Shown here one piece after another: positions 9,193 through 18,787 of a DNA stretch of 64,000 bases. The stretch lies in the IMG/VR virus record IMGVR_UViG_3300025437_000009; one strand, written 5' to 3'. Made by a program: the position numbers and the translations under genes. The notes beneath the pieces were generated by a model, which was not told the DNA's origin, did no database searches, and saw only the letters and a program-made list of their open reading frames with translations. This DNA is from a virus. Its lineage: Duplodnaviria > Caudoviricetes. The stretch's first letter is position 1, and every line of letters starts with the position of its first letter.

Positions 9193-9940
9193 TAGATTGC
9201 GTCCATGTTACTATTTCCCAACGGCCGTCCCAATGCTCTACTAACGCTGTCATTGATTCTACCCAGTCGCCATCGTTCATATAAACAACACCATCTATTG
9301 TTTTTATTTCGGCGTGATGTATGTGACCACAGATAACTCCATCAAAGCCACGCTTACGACAGTAACCAGCAAGATTAAGCTCAAACTGAAAAATGAAATC
9401 CACGGACGATTTAACTTTATGCTTAAGGTACTTAGATAGACTCCAATACCCAAAACCAAGACGGTGACGAATCCAATTAAAACGACTGTTAAGGCCAAGA
9501 ATAAAATCATACAATTTATCCCCAAGGAAATTTAACCAAGGTGCTAGTTTACTTATACCATCAAACAGGTCACCGTGTGTAACCAAGTAACGTAGGCCAT
9601 CTAGACCTACGTGCTCGCATTGATTTACTATTTCAACTTGACCAAAGCCCATACCATATGGTATTAGTGGACGGAGAAATTCGTCGTGGTTGCCAGCTAT
9701 ATAAACTACTCGAGTTCCACGTTTAGCGTGACCTAGTATTCGTCTGATAGCATTGGTATGGCTTTGTTTCCATCGCCACTTGTTTTGTTGAATTTTCCAA
9801 GCGTCAATAATGTCGCCTACTAAGTAGAGGGTGTTGCAAGTGTTGTGTTTGAGAAAGTTGTTGAGTTCTTCGGCTTTACAATCGCGAGTGCCGAAGTGTA
9901 TGTCTGAAATAAAAATTGAGCGATAAGTCTTGGCTTTCAT
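9161..9940 (-). CDS. Metallophosphoesterase, LpxH/COG2908-like (UDP-2,3-diacylglucosamine hydrolase family)
   Basis: SDIHFG, GDIID, GNHD, HGD, GHIH motifs; likely start MKAKT at 9940. Confidence 0.9.
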   Translation of the reverse strand: MKAKTYRSIFISDIHFGTRDCKAEELNNFLKHNTCNTLYLVGDIIDAWKIQQNKWRWKQSHTNAIRRILGHAKRGTRVVYIAGNHDEFLRPLIPYGMGFGQVEIVNQCEHVGLDGLRYLVTHGDLFDGISKLAPWLNFLGDKLYDFILGLNSRFNWIRHRLGFGYWSLSKYLKHKVKSSVDFIFQFELNLAGYCRKRGFDGVICGHIHHAEIKTIDGVVYMNDGDWVESMTALVEHWDGRWEIVTWTQSSDKNNTSNNG

Positions 9941-9985
9941 AACCATATTTATCGAAACACTCTATTGTATGATGTTACAGAATTA

Positions 9986-10639
9986 TTACTCAACAATACC
10001 TTTTTGATATTTTTGAATTCGCACTAGATCCAGTGGTGGGTTACAGCTAGGTATACGTTGATATTTTTTATAGTATTCTAACAGTAGATCTAGTTCAGCA
10101 GTCTTACAATAACTAGGATGCATGGGCAAATATGCTTGATACACATGATCAATTTGATGCTTACCAAAGTTTTCTTTGAATGCTGTCCCACACCCATATG
10201 GACTCAATCGGGGATTTCTTACAGTACCTTTAAAGTCTGTACGACGACCCAACATACCATTGCGACTGGTAGCTCGAGATTGTCCTATATAAAACACTCC
10301 TTGGTCTAAAAAGTCAGCAGAGTCTGATGGTGCACCATCTAAAAATAATCCATAGACATAACAACCGGGGTGTGCTTTATCAAATCCCCAAGACTTATCC
10401 CATTTCTCGTCAATTTGATGCCATTGAGTAAAGGATGTTAGTGCAGGTCGAGTAAGAGTCTGTGTTTGAGTGGTGAACGCTCCTTTACCGCTGATCTCGG
10501 AACACTTGTATAAACTATAGGCTAACTGATCAACATTTGAACAATGTTTAAATACTTCGTAGAGTTGATCTTCAGTCAGCCCGTGATTACCAGATCCGGA
10601 TCTAATATTTTGTGCTAGTGCTTTGGCTAAGTCGTTCAT
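9986..10639 (-). CDS. GIY-YIG-like nuclease domain protein
   Basis: GCYVYG...VFYIGQS bipartite motif, followed by conserved-looking R, E and N residues. Confidence 0.55.
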   Translation of the reverse strand: MNDLAKALAQNIRSGSGNHGLTEDQLYEVFKHCSNVDQLAYSLYKCSEISGKGAFTTQTQTLTRPALTSFTQWHQIDEKWDKSWGFDKAHPGCYVYGLFLDGAPSDSADFLDQGVFYIGQSRATSRNGMLGRRTDFKGTVRNPRLSPYGCGTAFKENFGKHQIDHVYQAYLPMHPSYCKTAELDLLLEYYKKYQRIPSCNPPLDLVRIQKYQKGIVE

Positions 10640-11688
10640 TTTTTACCAATATACTCGTGGCTGTAGCAAACACGATACGCATCACGAACAGTAGTGGTGC
10701 CACCATAGCCTGCCATCTTACGTGCAGTACCATCTTTGTTTAAGTAACTGCCTACTCTAGATTTCTTATTCATTGACGTAGGGCGCCATAACGGTGACTT
10801 TTCACGATGTTCACCAAATGATGGGTGTGCTGTTTTACTAAAGTAGCGTAGTCCGCGGCTTACATATATTTCAGCAATAGCATCACTAAATGCTGTGCCT
10901 ATACCCATACCTTGGAACTCGGGTAGTATTACTGTACGATGGCCACGCCAATAACTATGAATATCTCTATTAGTAGAATGTATGGCGGCATGGAAGCCGA
11001 TAGGCTTGTCACCTAACAGTAAGACATAGTAGTGAGCACTTTTGCTAATTGCAGTATCTAGATAGTGATACTTACTGAAATATCTCCAATAGTCGACACT
11101 TGTGCTTTTGATGGTGAGTGTAAGTTCTGGTCTTGTCCCCAGTCGAAGAAGTGACCTCCGATTTTCTAAGACACAGAGATCCGTGTCATATACGTAGTCT
11201 GGATCTAACCATTCTACTATGTCCCTGTGGCAACTTGCAATGTATAGTGGATCTGTTGTGCCACGGCGATCATAAAACTTACGAATACTTAATGCAAGAC
11301 TTTTAGCAGTATCTCGGTCAACAACCGACGTAAACTCATCTACTGTGGTTAGCCCTTGATCTAAACTAATAGCCATTTCAAAGCGATGGTACTCGCCATT
11401 GCTTAATGTATTGGGTGATCGGAACCAAGTAGGAATACTACGAAGTCCGCAAGCAAGCAGCAATTCTTCTCCACGCTCTGCGGTAGTAAAGTTATCAATT
11501 GTTATACGAGTATTATCTACAGTTGGTTGACGAAGTTCACCTAGGCTACGCAAGATAGTACTCTTACCACTACCACTGGTACCTACTATAAGCACAATAC
11601 CATCTGTGGGTAATTCGGGAATGGTAACAGCAGGCTCTTTATAGTCTTTGATATCGTATTTCTTTTTGATTTCTTCTAAGTAGCTCAT
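10636..11688 (-). CDS. ABC-type ATPase fused to a GNAT acetyltransferase
   Basis: Walker A GTSGSGKST, signature LSNGE, Walker B TTVDEF; GNAT motif A RTVILPEFQGMGIG. Confidence 0.85.
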   Translation of the reverse strand: MSYLEEIKKKYDIKDYKEPAVTIPELPTDGIVLIVGTSGSGKSTILRSLGELRQPTVDNTRITIDNFTTAERGEELLLACGLRSIPTWFRSPNTLSNGEYHRFEMAISLDQGLTTVDEFTSVVDRDTAKSLALSIRKFYDRRGTTDPLYIASCHRDIVEWLDPDYVYDTDLCVLENRRSLLRLGTRPELTLTIKSTSVDYWRYFSKYHYLDTAISKSAHYYVLLLGDKPIGFHAAIHSTNRDIHSYWRGHRTVILPEFQGMGIGTAFSDAIAEIYVSRGLRYFSKTAHPSFGEHREKSPLWRPTSMNKKSRVGSYLNKDGTARKMAGYGGTTTVRDAYRVCYSHEYIGKK

Positions 11689-12158
11689 TTTGTAAATACT
11701 CCAGAAAACTGTTCCAGCAACAAGGGCAATATCGCAGGAGCAGTATCATCAGTCAAATTACTCATCACACGATTTAAGATAGCAGGCAACACTTGAAAGT
11801 TACTGGGAACATCAGCGCCGCCCTTTGATCTAGGAACAATATGATCTAGTTGTGGTTGATGCCATTCGTCATCTACATGCTCCAGGGGAATACGATTTTC
11901 ACCCTTGCCCCAATCGTATAATCTATACACACCCTGACCATCAGTCCAACCATCGGGTGCTTTGGCATACATTTCTTCAGCTTCGGCATCAGTCCACCGA
12001 TACTTGTTTTTATAGTAACCAAAAATAGCCACACGCTTTAGATCGCGAGTCTCGCAAAACTCTCTAAAGATATCCATGGTGTAGTATGTGTTATCTTCAA
12101 AGCTAGTGCAAGGCTCACGTTTGGCTATGCTTTCGTTGATAGTTTGGTAGTTCTTCAT
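11685..12158 (-). CDS. HNH endonuclease domain protein
   Basis: LDHIVPRSKGGADVPSNFQVLPAILN; likely start MKNYQ at 12158, next to the upstream stop. Confidence 0.85.
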   Translation of the reverse strand: MKNYQTINESIAKREPCTSFEDNTYYTMDIFREFCETRDLKRVAIFGYYKNKYRWTDAEAEEMYAKAPDGWTDGQGVYRLYDWGKGENRIPLEHVDDEWHQPQLDHIVPRSKGGADVPSNFQVLPAILNRVMSNLTDDTAPAILPLLLEQFSGVFTK

Positions 12159-12159
12159 A

Positions 12160-13359
12160 TTAGACCAAAGGCAATGTGAACTTGTTATTACCACTTGGCC
12201 ATGCAGGTTCTGCCCATGCAATCTCTGGGGCATACTTCTTACATACTTGCCAAATACCATGAGCAATAATCATTTCCTCTGGAACACGACTGTTGCTGTA
12301 GCTAGCTGAAGTTTGATCTTTATACTCATCCTTGATGTTTTTATGCAATTGACCACCTGTGTTGGCTTTAGTCCAACGCTTTTTAAGTGCGTTCATAATA
12401 GCAAAGTCCACGGTCATGTCATCTTCTTTGAGATTTTGATATTTGAGGAATTCCATCAATCCCCATGAATTTGCAGTATGGAATTTGCTAGTACCAAACA
12501 ACTGTGCATTGATTGTGGTAGCACGAGTAAAGTAATCCTGGCCGTAGGTAATACGATACTTGATCATGTTACCAATACTAGTAAGTACTAGCGCACGACT
12601 ACCATCATCGACTTTTTCGGCTACTGTAATACCTAAATTGCCAAACAATTCGCTGAGTTCATAGCTGATTGCATCTTCTGGCTCACTAGGCATACCAGCA
12701 TCACGTGCGGCCTGTTCACGTTGTACACGAATGCGGTAACGGTCAAACTCACTGGCTACAAGGCTATGAATGTTCAGAGCCGCATACTGTGACACGTCCC
12801 AAAACTCATCGTCACTGGTAATGTAGTTGATAGGTACATCTTCAATGCCTAGAATGATACAGCCCAATGTTCGATGCTGTGCATCATTAACAAACAAGTA
12901 ACCTTTTGAGTTCATACGACCCACACCAGGCAAGACTAAACCTGGATTAAAGCGGAAGATAATATCTTCAAAAATATGACGCAGGAATACGTCACGTTGT
13001 TTTTCGGCATTCTTAACTAACTTGTCTAGTGGTTGCAAGTTATCTGCTGTGTAGTTTAGTGCTTGAGTATTAAGTTTAGTAGCCGCATCGTTAAGGCTAT
13101 CATACACTGGCAGGTCAATGCCTAGCAGTGGATTGTCTGTGCCCATTAGCACAATTTTATTTAAACAGTAGACAACAATGTCTACCAGTGTGGGCTGTTT
13201 GCCTAGTGAACGAGTATTAACATACTCTGGAATACGTTTGAGGCGGCTCTTTTGCTCGGCAAGTGAAAGGGAGTTCCAAGGTACTCGATTGGCCTTTGGG
13301 CCCAATACCTTGAATAAGTCAGCACCGAATTGTGCTGTAATTTTTGGATGATATGACAT
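12160..13359 (-). CDS. ParB/Srx-like (DGQHR-type) domain protein
   Basis: LFVNDAQHR matches the ParB-like DGxHR signature; SD AAGGA. Confidence 0.65.
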   Translation of the reverse strand: MSYHPKITAQFGADLFKVLGPKANRVPWNSLSLAEQKSRLKRIPEYVNTRSLGKQPTLVDIVVYCLNKIVLMGTDNPLLGIDLPVYDSLNDAATKLNTQALNYTADNLQPLDKLVKNAEKQRDVFLRHIFEDIIFRFNPGLVLPGVGRMNSKGYLFVNDAQHRTLGCIILGIEDVPINYITSDDEFWDVSQYAALNIHSLVASEFDRYRIRVQREQAARDAGMPSEPEDAISYELSELFGNLGITVAEKVDDGSRALVLTSIGNMIKYRITYGQDYFTRATTINAQLFGTSKFHTANSWGLMEFLKYQNLKEDDMTVDFAIMNALKKRWTKANTGGQLHKNIKDEYKDQTSASYSNSRVPEEMIIAHGIWQVCKKYAPEIAWAEPAWPSGNNKFTLPLV

Positions 13360-13379
13360 TACATTTCCTTTAAGTGTGT

Positions 13380-13439
13380 TTTATAACAAAGTAAACGATA
13401 ACACGTTTACCTAGTTGAATCTACTTGATAACACAAGTA
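13380..13439 (-). repeat. Reiterated inverted repeats with a shared GATAACAC/ATAACA core in the operon leader
   Basis: GTAAAC-GATAACAC-GTTTAC (13391-13410), TACTTG-ATAACA-CAAGTA (13422-13439), TTT-ATAAC-AAA (13380-13390). Confidence 0.7.
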
Positions 13440-13447
13440 TTAAAGTA

Positions 13448-13476
13448 ATTATAGCGTCAAAGGATTATTGTGTCAA
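13448..13476 (-). promoter_or_regulatory. Consensus sigma70 promoter of the ParB-HNH-ABC/GNAT-GIY-YIG operon
   Basis: TTGACA-17 bp-TATAAT. Confidence 0.85.
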
Positions 13477-13504
13477 CCAGGCCCTAAGTTAGTGCCCACT
13501 AACC

Positions 13505-13885
13505 CTACTGCGTTAGTTCTATTGAGTCTAAATAGGCCCGCAAGTTACCCGAATGTAGAGTAAGCATCATGGCTTCTTCCTCCTCAAAGACAATTATCTT
13601 TTGCCGTTTGAGTAGATAGTAGGGACCTTTGAGATAGCGTTCAAGTTGTAGTAGGCCATGGTTAGTTAGCTCTTCGGGTAATTGAAATTCATAACTCTGT
13701 AGCTTGAGAACGGCCTTGACCATTTGAAGGCCTGCAAGACTTAGTCTTAGACTGGTATCATCTGTAGGATTTTTGAACCAACGTTTTTGCATGTCGGTTG
13801 TTTGACCAACAGGAATATCAGCCTGCGTTACAAATATTTTTGTTAGCTGACGTTGGGTGTAACGCTTAGGGGAAGATTTGCTCAC
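13505..13885 (-). CDS. Hypothetical phage protein
   Basis: 126-aa ORF. Confidence 0.7.
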   Translation of the reverse strand: MSKSSPKRYTQRQLTKIFVTQADIPVGQTTDMQKRWFKNPTDDTSLRLSLAGLQMVKAVLKLQSYEFQLPEELTNHGLLQLERYLKGPYYLLKRQKIIVFEEEEAMMLTLHSGNLRAYLDSIELTQ

Positions 13886-14153
13886 CTTGCTTTAACAAGA
13901 CCACTGAGAACTTGTCTGTCTTGTATAGTGTGTTTAATTTTTTGCAAAGGTTAATTGCATGTCCAGAATTACTAAAACTTATTTTAGAATATTTTGGGCC
14001 TGGATAGCTAGTGAGGATATTGAATGACCTCATGTTGATAGGTTGGTTGTCATAAAAGACCGCCCAGATGCCTTCAGCAGCTAGGACCTGCTGACTTTTG
14101 TAAGTTGATTTATTAACGTGGTCTAATAAAACCGTTGGCTTTGGTCTTGACAT
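13866..14153 (-). CDS. Hypothetical phage protein (TAAATA upstream)
   Basis: 95-aa ORF, SD AAGGA. Confidence 0.75.
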   Translation of the reverse strand: MSRPKPTVLLDHVNKSTYKSQQVLAAEGIWAVFYDNQPINMRSFNILTSYPGPKYSKISFSNSGHAINLCKKLNTLYKTDKFSVVLLKQGEQIFP

Positions 14154-14201
14154 TTCACTAATCCTTGATATACTGTTTATTTATCTCATAATATACGTAT
14201 A

Positions 14202-14417
14202 TTATTTAAAACTGCCGCCATCCATGTTAATAACAACTACATCGTCTACAGTAGAATTTTTACTTAATTGGCTGATTGTGGCCATCAAATCGTAAATTTC
14301 GGCATGCAAACTGCGTGCTTCTTCAGCATTTAAGGTCAATAATTTACCGTTGCTTTGATTCATTGCACGTACCTTACTGTTGAAATTTTTGATCTGTAAG
14401 GGCAAATTATTGTCCAT
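14202..14417 (-). CDS. Hypothetical protein
   Basis: 71-aa ORF coupled to its neighbour. Confidence 0.65.
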   Translation of the reverse strand: MDNNLPLQIKNFNSKVRAMNQSNGKLLTLNAEEARSLHAEIYDLMATISQLSKNSTVDDVVVINMDGGSFK

Positions 14418-14883
14418 TGGCTTCTTTCATAGCTTCTATCATACGTTCTTGACTCTTGAACGGACCTTCATACTCATAACGATTCAGTGTAATAAGTTTT
14501 GGGCAATATGCACGAACCCAAGTTGAACTGAATTTGATAATATAGTAGCCAGCACAGAAAAAACTCTTTGACTTAGCACCCTTGGTATAGATTGGCAAGT
14601 AGCGTTGAACGTCGAGGATTTCGTTGTGTGGTTGTGCGTTGGTCGGGAATCCATAGACATCATAAACATCTTGTTTGACCCGCTTTGGTCGTTCTGCTTT
14701 GACAAACTCAATATTATATTTCTTACTTAATAATTTAATTGATGCAAACTGTTCACGTTGATCATCATGTAAGTAAACTACACCACCTTCGTCGACCATC
14801 ATGATGTTGCCAACCTTGGTACCTTCGGATTCTACAATCCACATTTTATTTTTTACTACGGGTTTTGCAATTAGTTCGGTCAT
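14407..14883 (-). CDS. Hypothetical phage protein
   Basis: 158-aa ORF. Confidence 0.75.
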   Translation of the reverse strand: MTELIAKPVVKNKMWIVESEGTKVGNIMMVDEGGVVYLHDDQREQFASIKLLSKKYNIEFVKAERPKRVKQDVYDVYGFPTNAQPHNEILDVQRYLPIYTKGAKSKSFFCAGYYIIKFSSTWVRAYCPKLITLNRYEYEGPFKSQERMIEAMKEANGQ

Positions 14884-15083
14884 TGTGACTCCTTCAATTT
14901 TTTCCTACACTCTTCTTTCATAGCTGGAGTAAAGTCTGGACTTATCTCGGCTATACGACAATCATATCTTGGTGCCGCCTCTGGTAACATTGAGTTAATT
15001 CCATATAACAAAGCAAATAAGGAACCGCCCAGAAAGGCAAGTGCGGGCCACATCAATAGGTGTTCTTTTAATCTAGTAGCCAT
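14880..15083 (-). CDS. Small membrane protein
   Basis: One TM helix and a Cys pair. Confidence 0.6.
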   Translation of the reverse strand: MATRLKEHLLMWPALAFLGGSLFALLYGINSMLPEAAPRYDCRIAEISPDFTPAMKEECRKKLKESQ

Positions 15084-15263
15084 TTAATTATTTTTATAGA
15101 AAATATAATTTAGCCATGCAAGGCCAATGTCCCAGGCCATACCGGACCAGTTACCTCGACTAAAATCATCTAATGCACACATAGCTAACCAGCCAATCAC
15201 AAACCAAGTGATTTGCGTATAGTTACTGCGATACCATCTAACAATACTATTCATAACTTCTCC

Positions 15264-15446
15264 TTATTTTGCCGCAGGACGCCGGCGTTCATAGTCGGTG
15301 CGTTGTAGTTCTGTCCAGACACGATTCTTACGTTCATGATACAAATCTATAAGACCTGCTATGAACATAGTAATAAAAAATCCAAAAAATAACAACAATG
15401 CTAAAGCAAGTCCCGCAACTGGCACCCAAAAAACATCATTTATCAT
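15264..15446 (-). CDS. Small membrane protein
   Basis: Long hydrophobic stretch. Confidence 0.55.
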   Translation of the reverse strand: MINDVFWVPVAGLALALLLFFGFFITMFIAGLIDLYHERKNRVWTELQRTDYERRRPAAK

Positions 15447-16431
15447 CAGGATAACTAGCTTCTAAAAATCTAACATAACTGTCGGACTGCTCCGACATCT
15501 TGATCAAATCGTACTTGCCACAGAACTTTAAGAACTGTGCGCCTACCATTGGGCGATTAAGCGGTACTGCACCCTCGGCAATAGTTTCTGCTATCTTAAC
15601 TTTAATATCATCTGGTTGTGCAGTTAAATCAACCAGTGTTACGTTGCGATTATAGTCATCTAAAACTCTGTGCTCATCTCCGTTATGATCGGTCCAGCGT
15701 TGTAGCATTAGGTTATTCCAAGCAAAGCCTTTCGCTGTTTTGTCGTTAAATGCCTCAAGGAGTCCCACTTTATTTTTACTTCCCACTTTACGCACCCCTG
15801 GGAATGCCGAGAAAACGTTATCTGTGGGGTCGCCCCGCATACATTTTTCGAAAAGAATCCACTTAGGATCCGGAATGACTTTTGGTTCCTTAGTCTTTTT
15901 ATCGATGACTGCTTTACCTTTTTTGTCGAAAATACCTTGTATAGTATGGAGCTCATCTGAAATTCCGTTATATTGATTTACGTTTTCTGCCAGTAGTTGA
16001 TAAAAGTCTGTATCGCTTGATACAATAGTATGATGATCTTGGGGATGGCTTTGAATCCAACCTGCGATTAGATCATCAGCTTCTAAGTTAGGATGTTGCA
16101 ATACTGTACAGTTTGTTCGATTAGCAAGAAACTCTTTAAGATTATCAAAGGTTTCCCAAAACAGTCGATCTTCTTCAGCTTCTGCTTCGGTTAGAGCAGC
16201 ACGGGCAACTGCACGATTCTTTTTATAGGGTTCGTAAAAGTCTTTGCGCCAGCTACGTCCTTCTAAACAGAAAATAACGTGATCAGCTTTTTGATCTCTA
16301 AAACTCTTACTAACACTATTTAGTGTCACATGAATAGCAAATCCTAGCTTATCCCAGGTATCTGCCTGACGGTGGGCGGCGTGGCGAGCACGGAAGAATG
16401 TATTAGCGGTGTCAACAAGTAGATATCTCAT
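15436..16431 (-). CDS. T4 RNase H-like 5'-3' exonuclease / flap endonuclease
   Basis: LLVDTAN, EADDLI, SSDTDF, GDPTDNV; likely start MRYLLVD at 16431. Confidence 0.92.
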   Translation of the reverse strand: MRYLLVDTANTFFRARHAAHRQADTWDKLGFAIHVTLNSVSKSFRDQKADHVIFCLEGRSWRKDFYEPYKKNRAVARAALTEAEAEEDRLFWETFDNLKEFLANRTNCTVLQHPNLEADDLIAGWIQSHPQDHHTIVSSDTDFYQLLAENVNQYNGISDELHTIQGIFDKKGKAVIDKKTKEPKVIPDPKWILFEKCMRGDPTDNVFSAFPGVRKVGSKNKVGLLEAFNDKTAKGFAWNNLMLQRWTDHNGDEHRVLDDYNRNVTLVDLTAQPDDIKVKIAETIAEGAVPLNRPMVGAQFLKFCGKYDLIKMSEQSDSYVRFLEASYPDDK

Positions 16432-16437
16432 AACATT

Positions 16438-16466
16438 ATAGTAGCATATAATGATTATTGTGTCAA
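16438..16466 (-). promoter_or_regulatory. sigma70 promoter, apparently leaderless
   Basis: TTGACA-17-TACTAT-6 nt-ATG. Confidence 0.65.
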
Positions 16467-17201
16467 GTTCTTTTGTATAAGAGTTTGATAAAGGAATTCG
16501 GCCCAAGCACAATGGGCGTCTGCACCAAAATGATAGCTGTTTGGATTAACTGTTTTGAATCCTTTTGCTAGTAACCATTCATAGTAGGTGCCACTTCGAT
16601 TGTAAGGATCGATATAACTGCCCTCCCAATCGTACTCTTGTGCTCCTAGATAGCCTAAGTTTTTAATGTGACTAAAGTCGCGGTAGGTATTAAAGAATAG
16701 ATGTGGTATTTTTCTACTGTTTAAATCTTCGTGTAGTTTCCAAATACGGTCGTGTACTTCAACTATCTTATTGTTTATTACTGAATGGTCACTTTGTTCA
16801 ATAACCCATTTTTTATAACGTTCTTTGAGTGAATTGGGCACAGTATCAGTTCCACTGGCAGTAACTTGATAGTAAGTACCTTCATAGGACCATTCTTCTC
16901 TTTCCCAGGTTGACCAACCAATTACTATATAGTCGGGTCTGTTCACGGGCATATTCTGTACACCCTGCAGATGATTCCATGTGGTCCTAAAAATACGATC
17001 GTTACTAGCAGCCGACTCTGCGTCACATTCTAAAATGGCACCCATAAGGTTAGCTAGTTCGCAACCGTAACTAGCACGTAGATTATCGGGGTGTGGTTGT
17101 CGTCCTAATGCCCAGTACAAGGGATCATCTTGGGCAAATGCATATTTGTTGACTGCCTCTGCTCCGGCAGAATGGCTATCGCCGTTTACATATAAGATCA
17201 A
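16455..17201 (-). CDS. SGNH/GDSL-like hydrolase family protein
   Basis: NGDSHSAG, ASN, IVIGWS, C-terminal YHF..DAH. Confidence 0.65.
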   Translation of the reverse strand: MILYVNGDSHSAGAEAVNKYAFAQDDPLYWALGRQPHPDNLRASYGCELANLMGAILECDAESAASNDRIFRTTWNHLQGVQNMPVNRPDYIVIGWSTWEREEWSYEGTYYQVTASGTDTVPNSLKERYKKWVIEQSDHSVINNKIVEVHDRIWKLHEDLNSRKIPHLFFNTYRDFSHIKNLGYLGAQEYDWEGSYIDPYNRSGTYYEWLLAKGFKTVNPNSYHFGADAHCAWAEFLYQTLIQKNLTQ

Positions 17202-17686
17202 GAAACTTCAGTCTTTCCGTTGCCTAGATCTGTACGGTTGATAACTCTGGGACGTTCATTATAGGGCTGATTAGCTTCCCATTGCTCAAAGTTTTCTTGA
17301 GCAATATTTCGACAGATTTCTTGAAACCAACGATCGACAATATCGGAATCTGGTTCGTTGGGTTTGGTCTGATACCCGGCACGTACTAGATTAGCAACAA
17401 ACTTGTCGTTCCAATCTAATTCAAATGCACCATTGCCGATATTTTCTGGATCCAGTTCCACACTAAGAATAGCCACATAAGGCTCGCCCTTGGCAGTAGC
17501 AATGTCCTTAGGACTTTTACTACGAACTTTTAAAGTTTCTTTGGGCTTGGGTGCGGCCACGGTAGGTTTTGCTTTAGTTGACGTAACCTTTTTTGCAGGC
17601 GCTTTTTTTGCTGTGGTCGCAGAGCTTGCGGGGTTCTTTTTAGCAACCGTTTTCTTAGGTGTTGGGGTTTTCTTTTTTGTTGCCAT
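17198..17686 (-). CDS. Hypothetical protein with Lys/Ala/Pro-rich histone H1-like N-terminal tail
   Basis: MATKKKTPTPKKTVAKK...KKAPAKK followed by a globular domain. Confidence 0.7.
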   Translation of the reverse strand: MATKKKTPTPKKTVAKKNPASSATTAKKAPAKKVTSTKAKPTVAAPKPKETLKVRSKSPKDIATAKGEPYVAILSVELDPENIGNGAFELDWNDKFVANLVRAGYQTKPNEPDSDIVDRWFQEICRNIAQENFEQWEANQPYNERPRVINRTDLGNGKTEVS

Positions 17687-17687
17687 A

Positions 17688-17951
17688 CTAATTTCCTTTT
17701 AATTTCCATATAATATGTTCTGTAGTTTCGTGATATCTGAACTCAACCACAGGTTCGCCTGGGCCTGTCCACATTGCTGTGCCTTCGTAGACAAACTGTA
17801 AAAATAACCAACGACCGGTTAAGGAACTACGTTTTGGTAACCATAAAAACTTTAATCGCCAATGGGCACGATTATAGAAAGCATCGTAAGTTTCATCCAT
17901 GCCTGTATATAAGCCTTGTGGAAACATTACTTGCCCCAGCCATTGCCCCAT
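17688..17951 (-). CDS. Hypothetical protein
   Basis: 87-aa ORF. Confidence 0.6.
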   Translation of the reverse strand: MGQWLGQVMFPQGLYTGMDETYDAFYNRAHWRLKFLWLPKRSSLTGRWLFLQFVYEGTAMWTGPGEPVVEFRYHETTEHIIWKLKGN

Positions 17952-18787
17952 AGGTCCACATGCAATCTGGGACTATAATTAAATCCACGTTCGCAACAGA
18001 TATTGGCAATGTTTAGTTTATTTGATTCGTATGGATCAACAACACCACCCTGCGGCATTAAGTATACGGTACCTTTAAATCCACCTGCACGGAAAGCATC
18101 CACAGCACGTGTAGCTTCATTAACATGATCTTCAGTTTCAACAACAAACTTAAGATATACATGTCCATATGTTTGATAGATATTAACAATTAGTGGCTTA
18201 ATAGCATCATCCCACGATTCGCCTGATGCTGATAGTTTAGCACTGACTGAGAATGTAACTTCACGACCTGAACCAGCATCGGCCCAGTCAATCAAGTAAT
18301 CGCGGAAGTCTTCATGTAATTCTTGAGTACCATTTGTTTCAAACGTAATGTTCTTTAAGTCTGCCATACGTGGATGACTTAACAAATCAGCATAAGCACG
18401 TTGCCAGCCTAAAAGTGGCTCACCGCCAGTAATAACTAAATGTACATCATTGCCATTGTTCTGTACCCAACTACCGTTGGGAGTTAGGGCTAACATCTTG
18501 TCTACAAGTTCATCTGTAGTGTATGTTGGAGACAAATGTTTGAACGCAGGATGCCATGACGCATATGAATCACAGCCTGTTTCTACTAAAGGAAGATCTA
18601 AAAAATCTTTATACAGTTCTACCTTTTTAGCAACTTCATCTGCACCTGTAGACTTTTCACCAGGCTTACACCCAAACCCTGAACAGGTAAAGTTACATCC
18701 ATAAGTTCTTAAGAATACACTAGGTACTCCCACAAAGCGACCTTCGCCTTGTAGACTGTAAAATATTTCACTGACTTTAATCTTCAT
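17927..18787 (-). CDS. queE: 7-carboxy-7-deazaguanine synthase (radical SAM)
   Basis: SEIFYSLQGEG, FLRTYGCNFTC...CDS, ITGGEP, ETNG. Confidence 0.92.
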   Translation of the reverse strand: MKIKVSEIFYSLQGEGRFVGVPSVFLRTYGCNFTCSGFGCKPGEKSTGADEVAKKVELYKDFLDLPLVETGCDSYASWHPAFKHLSPTYTTDELVDKMLALTPNGSWVQNNGNDVHLVITGGEPLLGWQRAYADLLSHPRMADLKNITFETNGTQELHEDFRDYLIDWADAGSGREVTFSVSAKLSASGESWDDAIKPLIVNIYQTYGHVYLKFVVETEDHVNEATRAVDAFRAGGFKGTVYLMPQGGVVDPYESNKLNIANICCERGFNYSPRLHVDLWGNGWGK

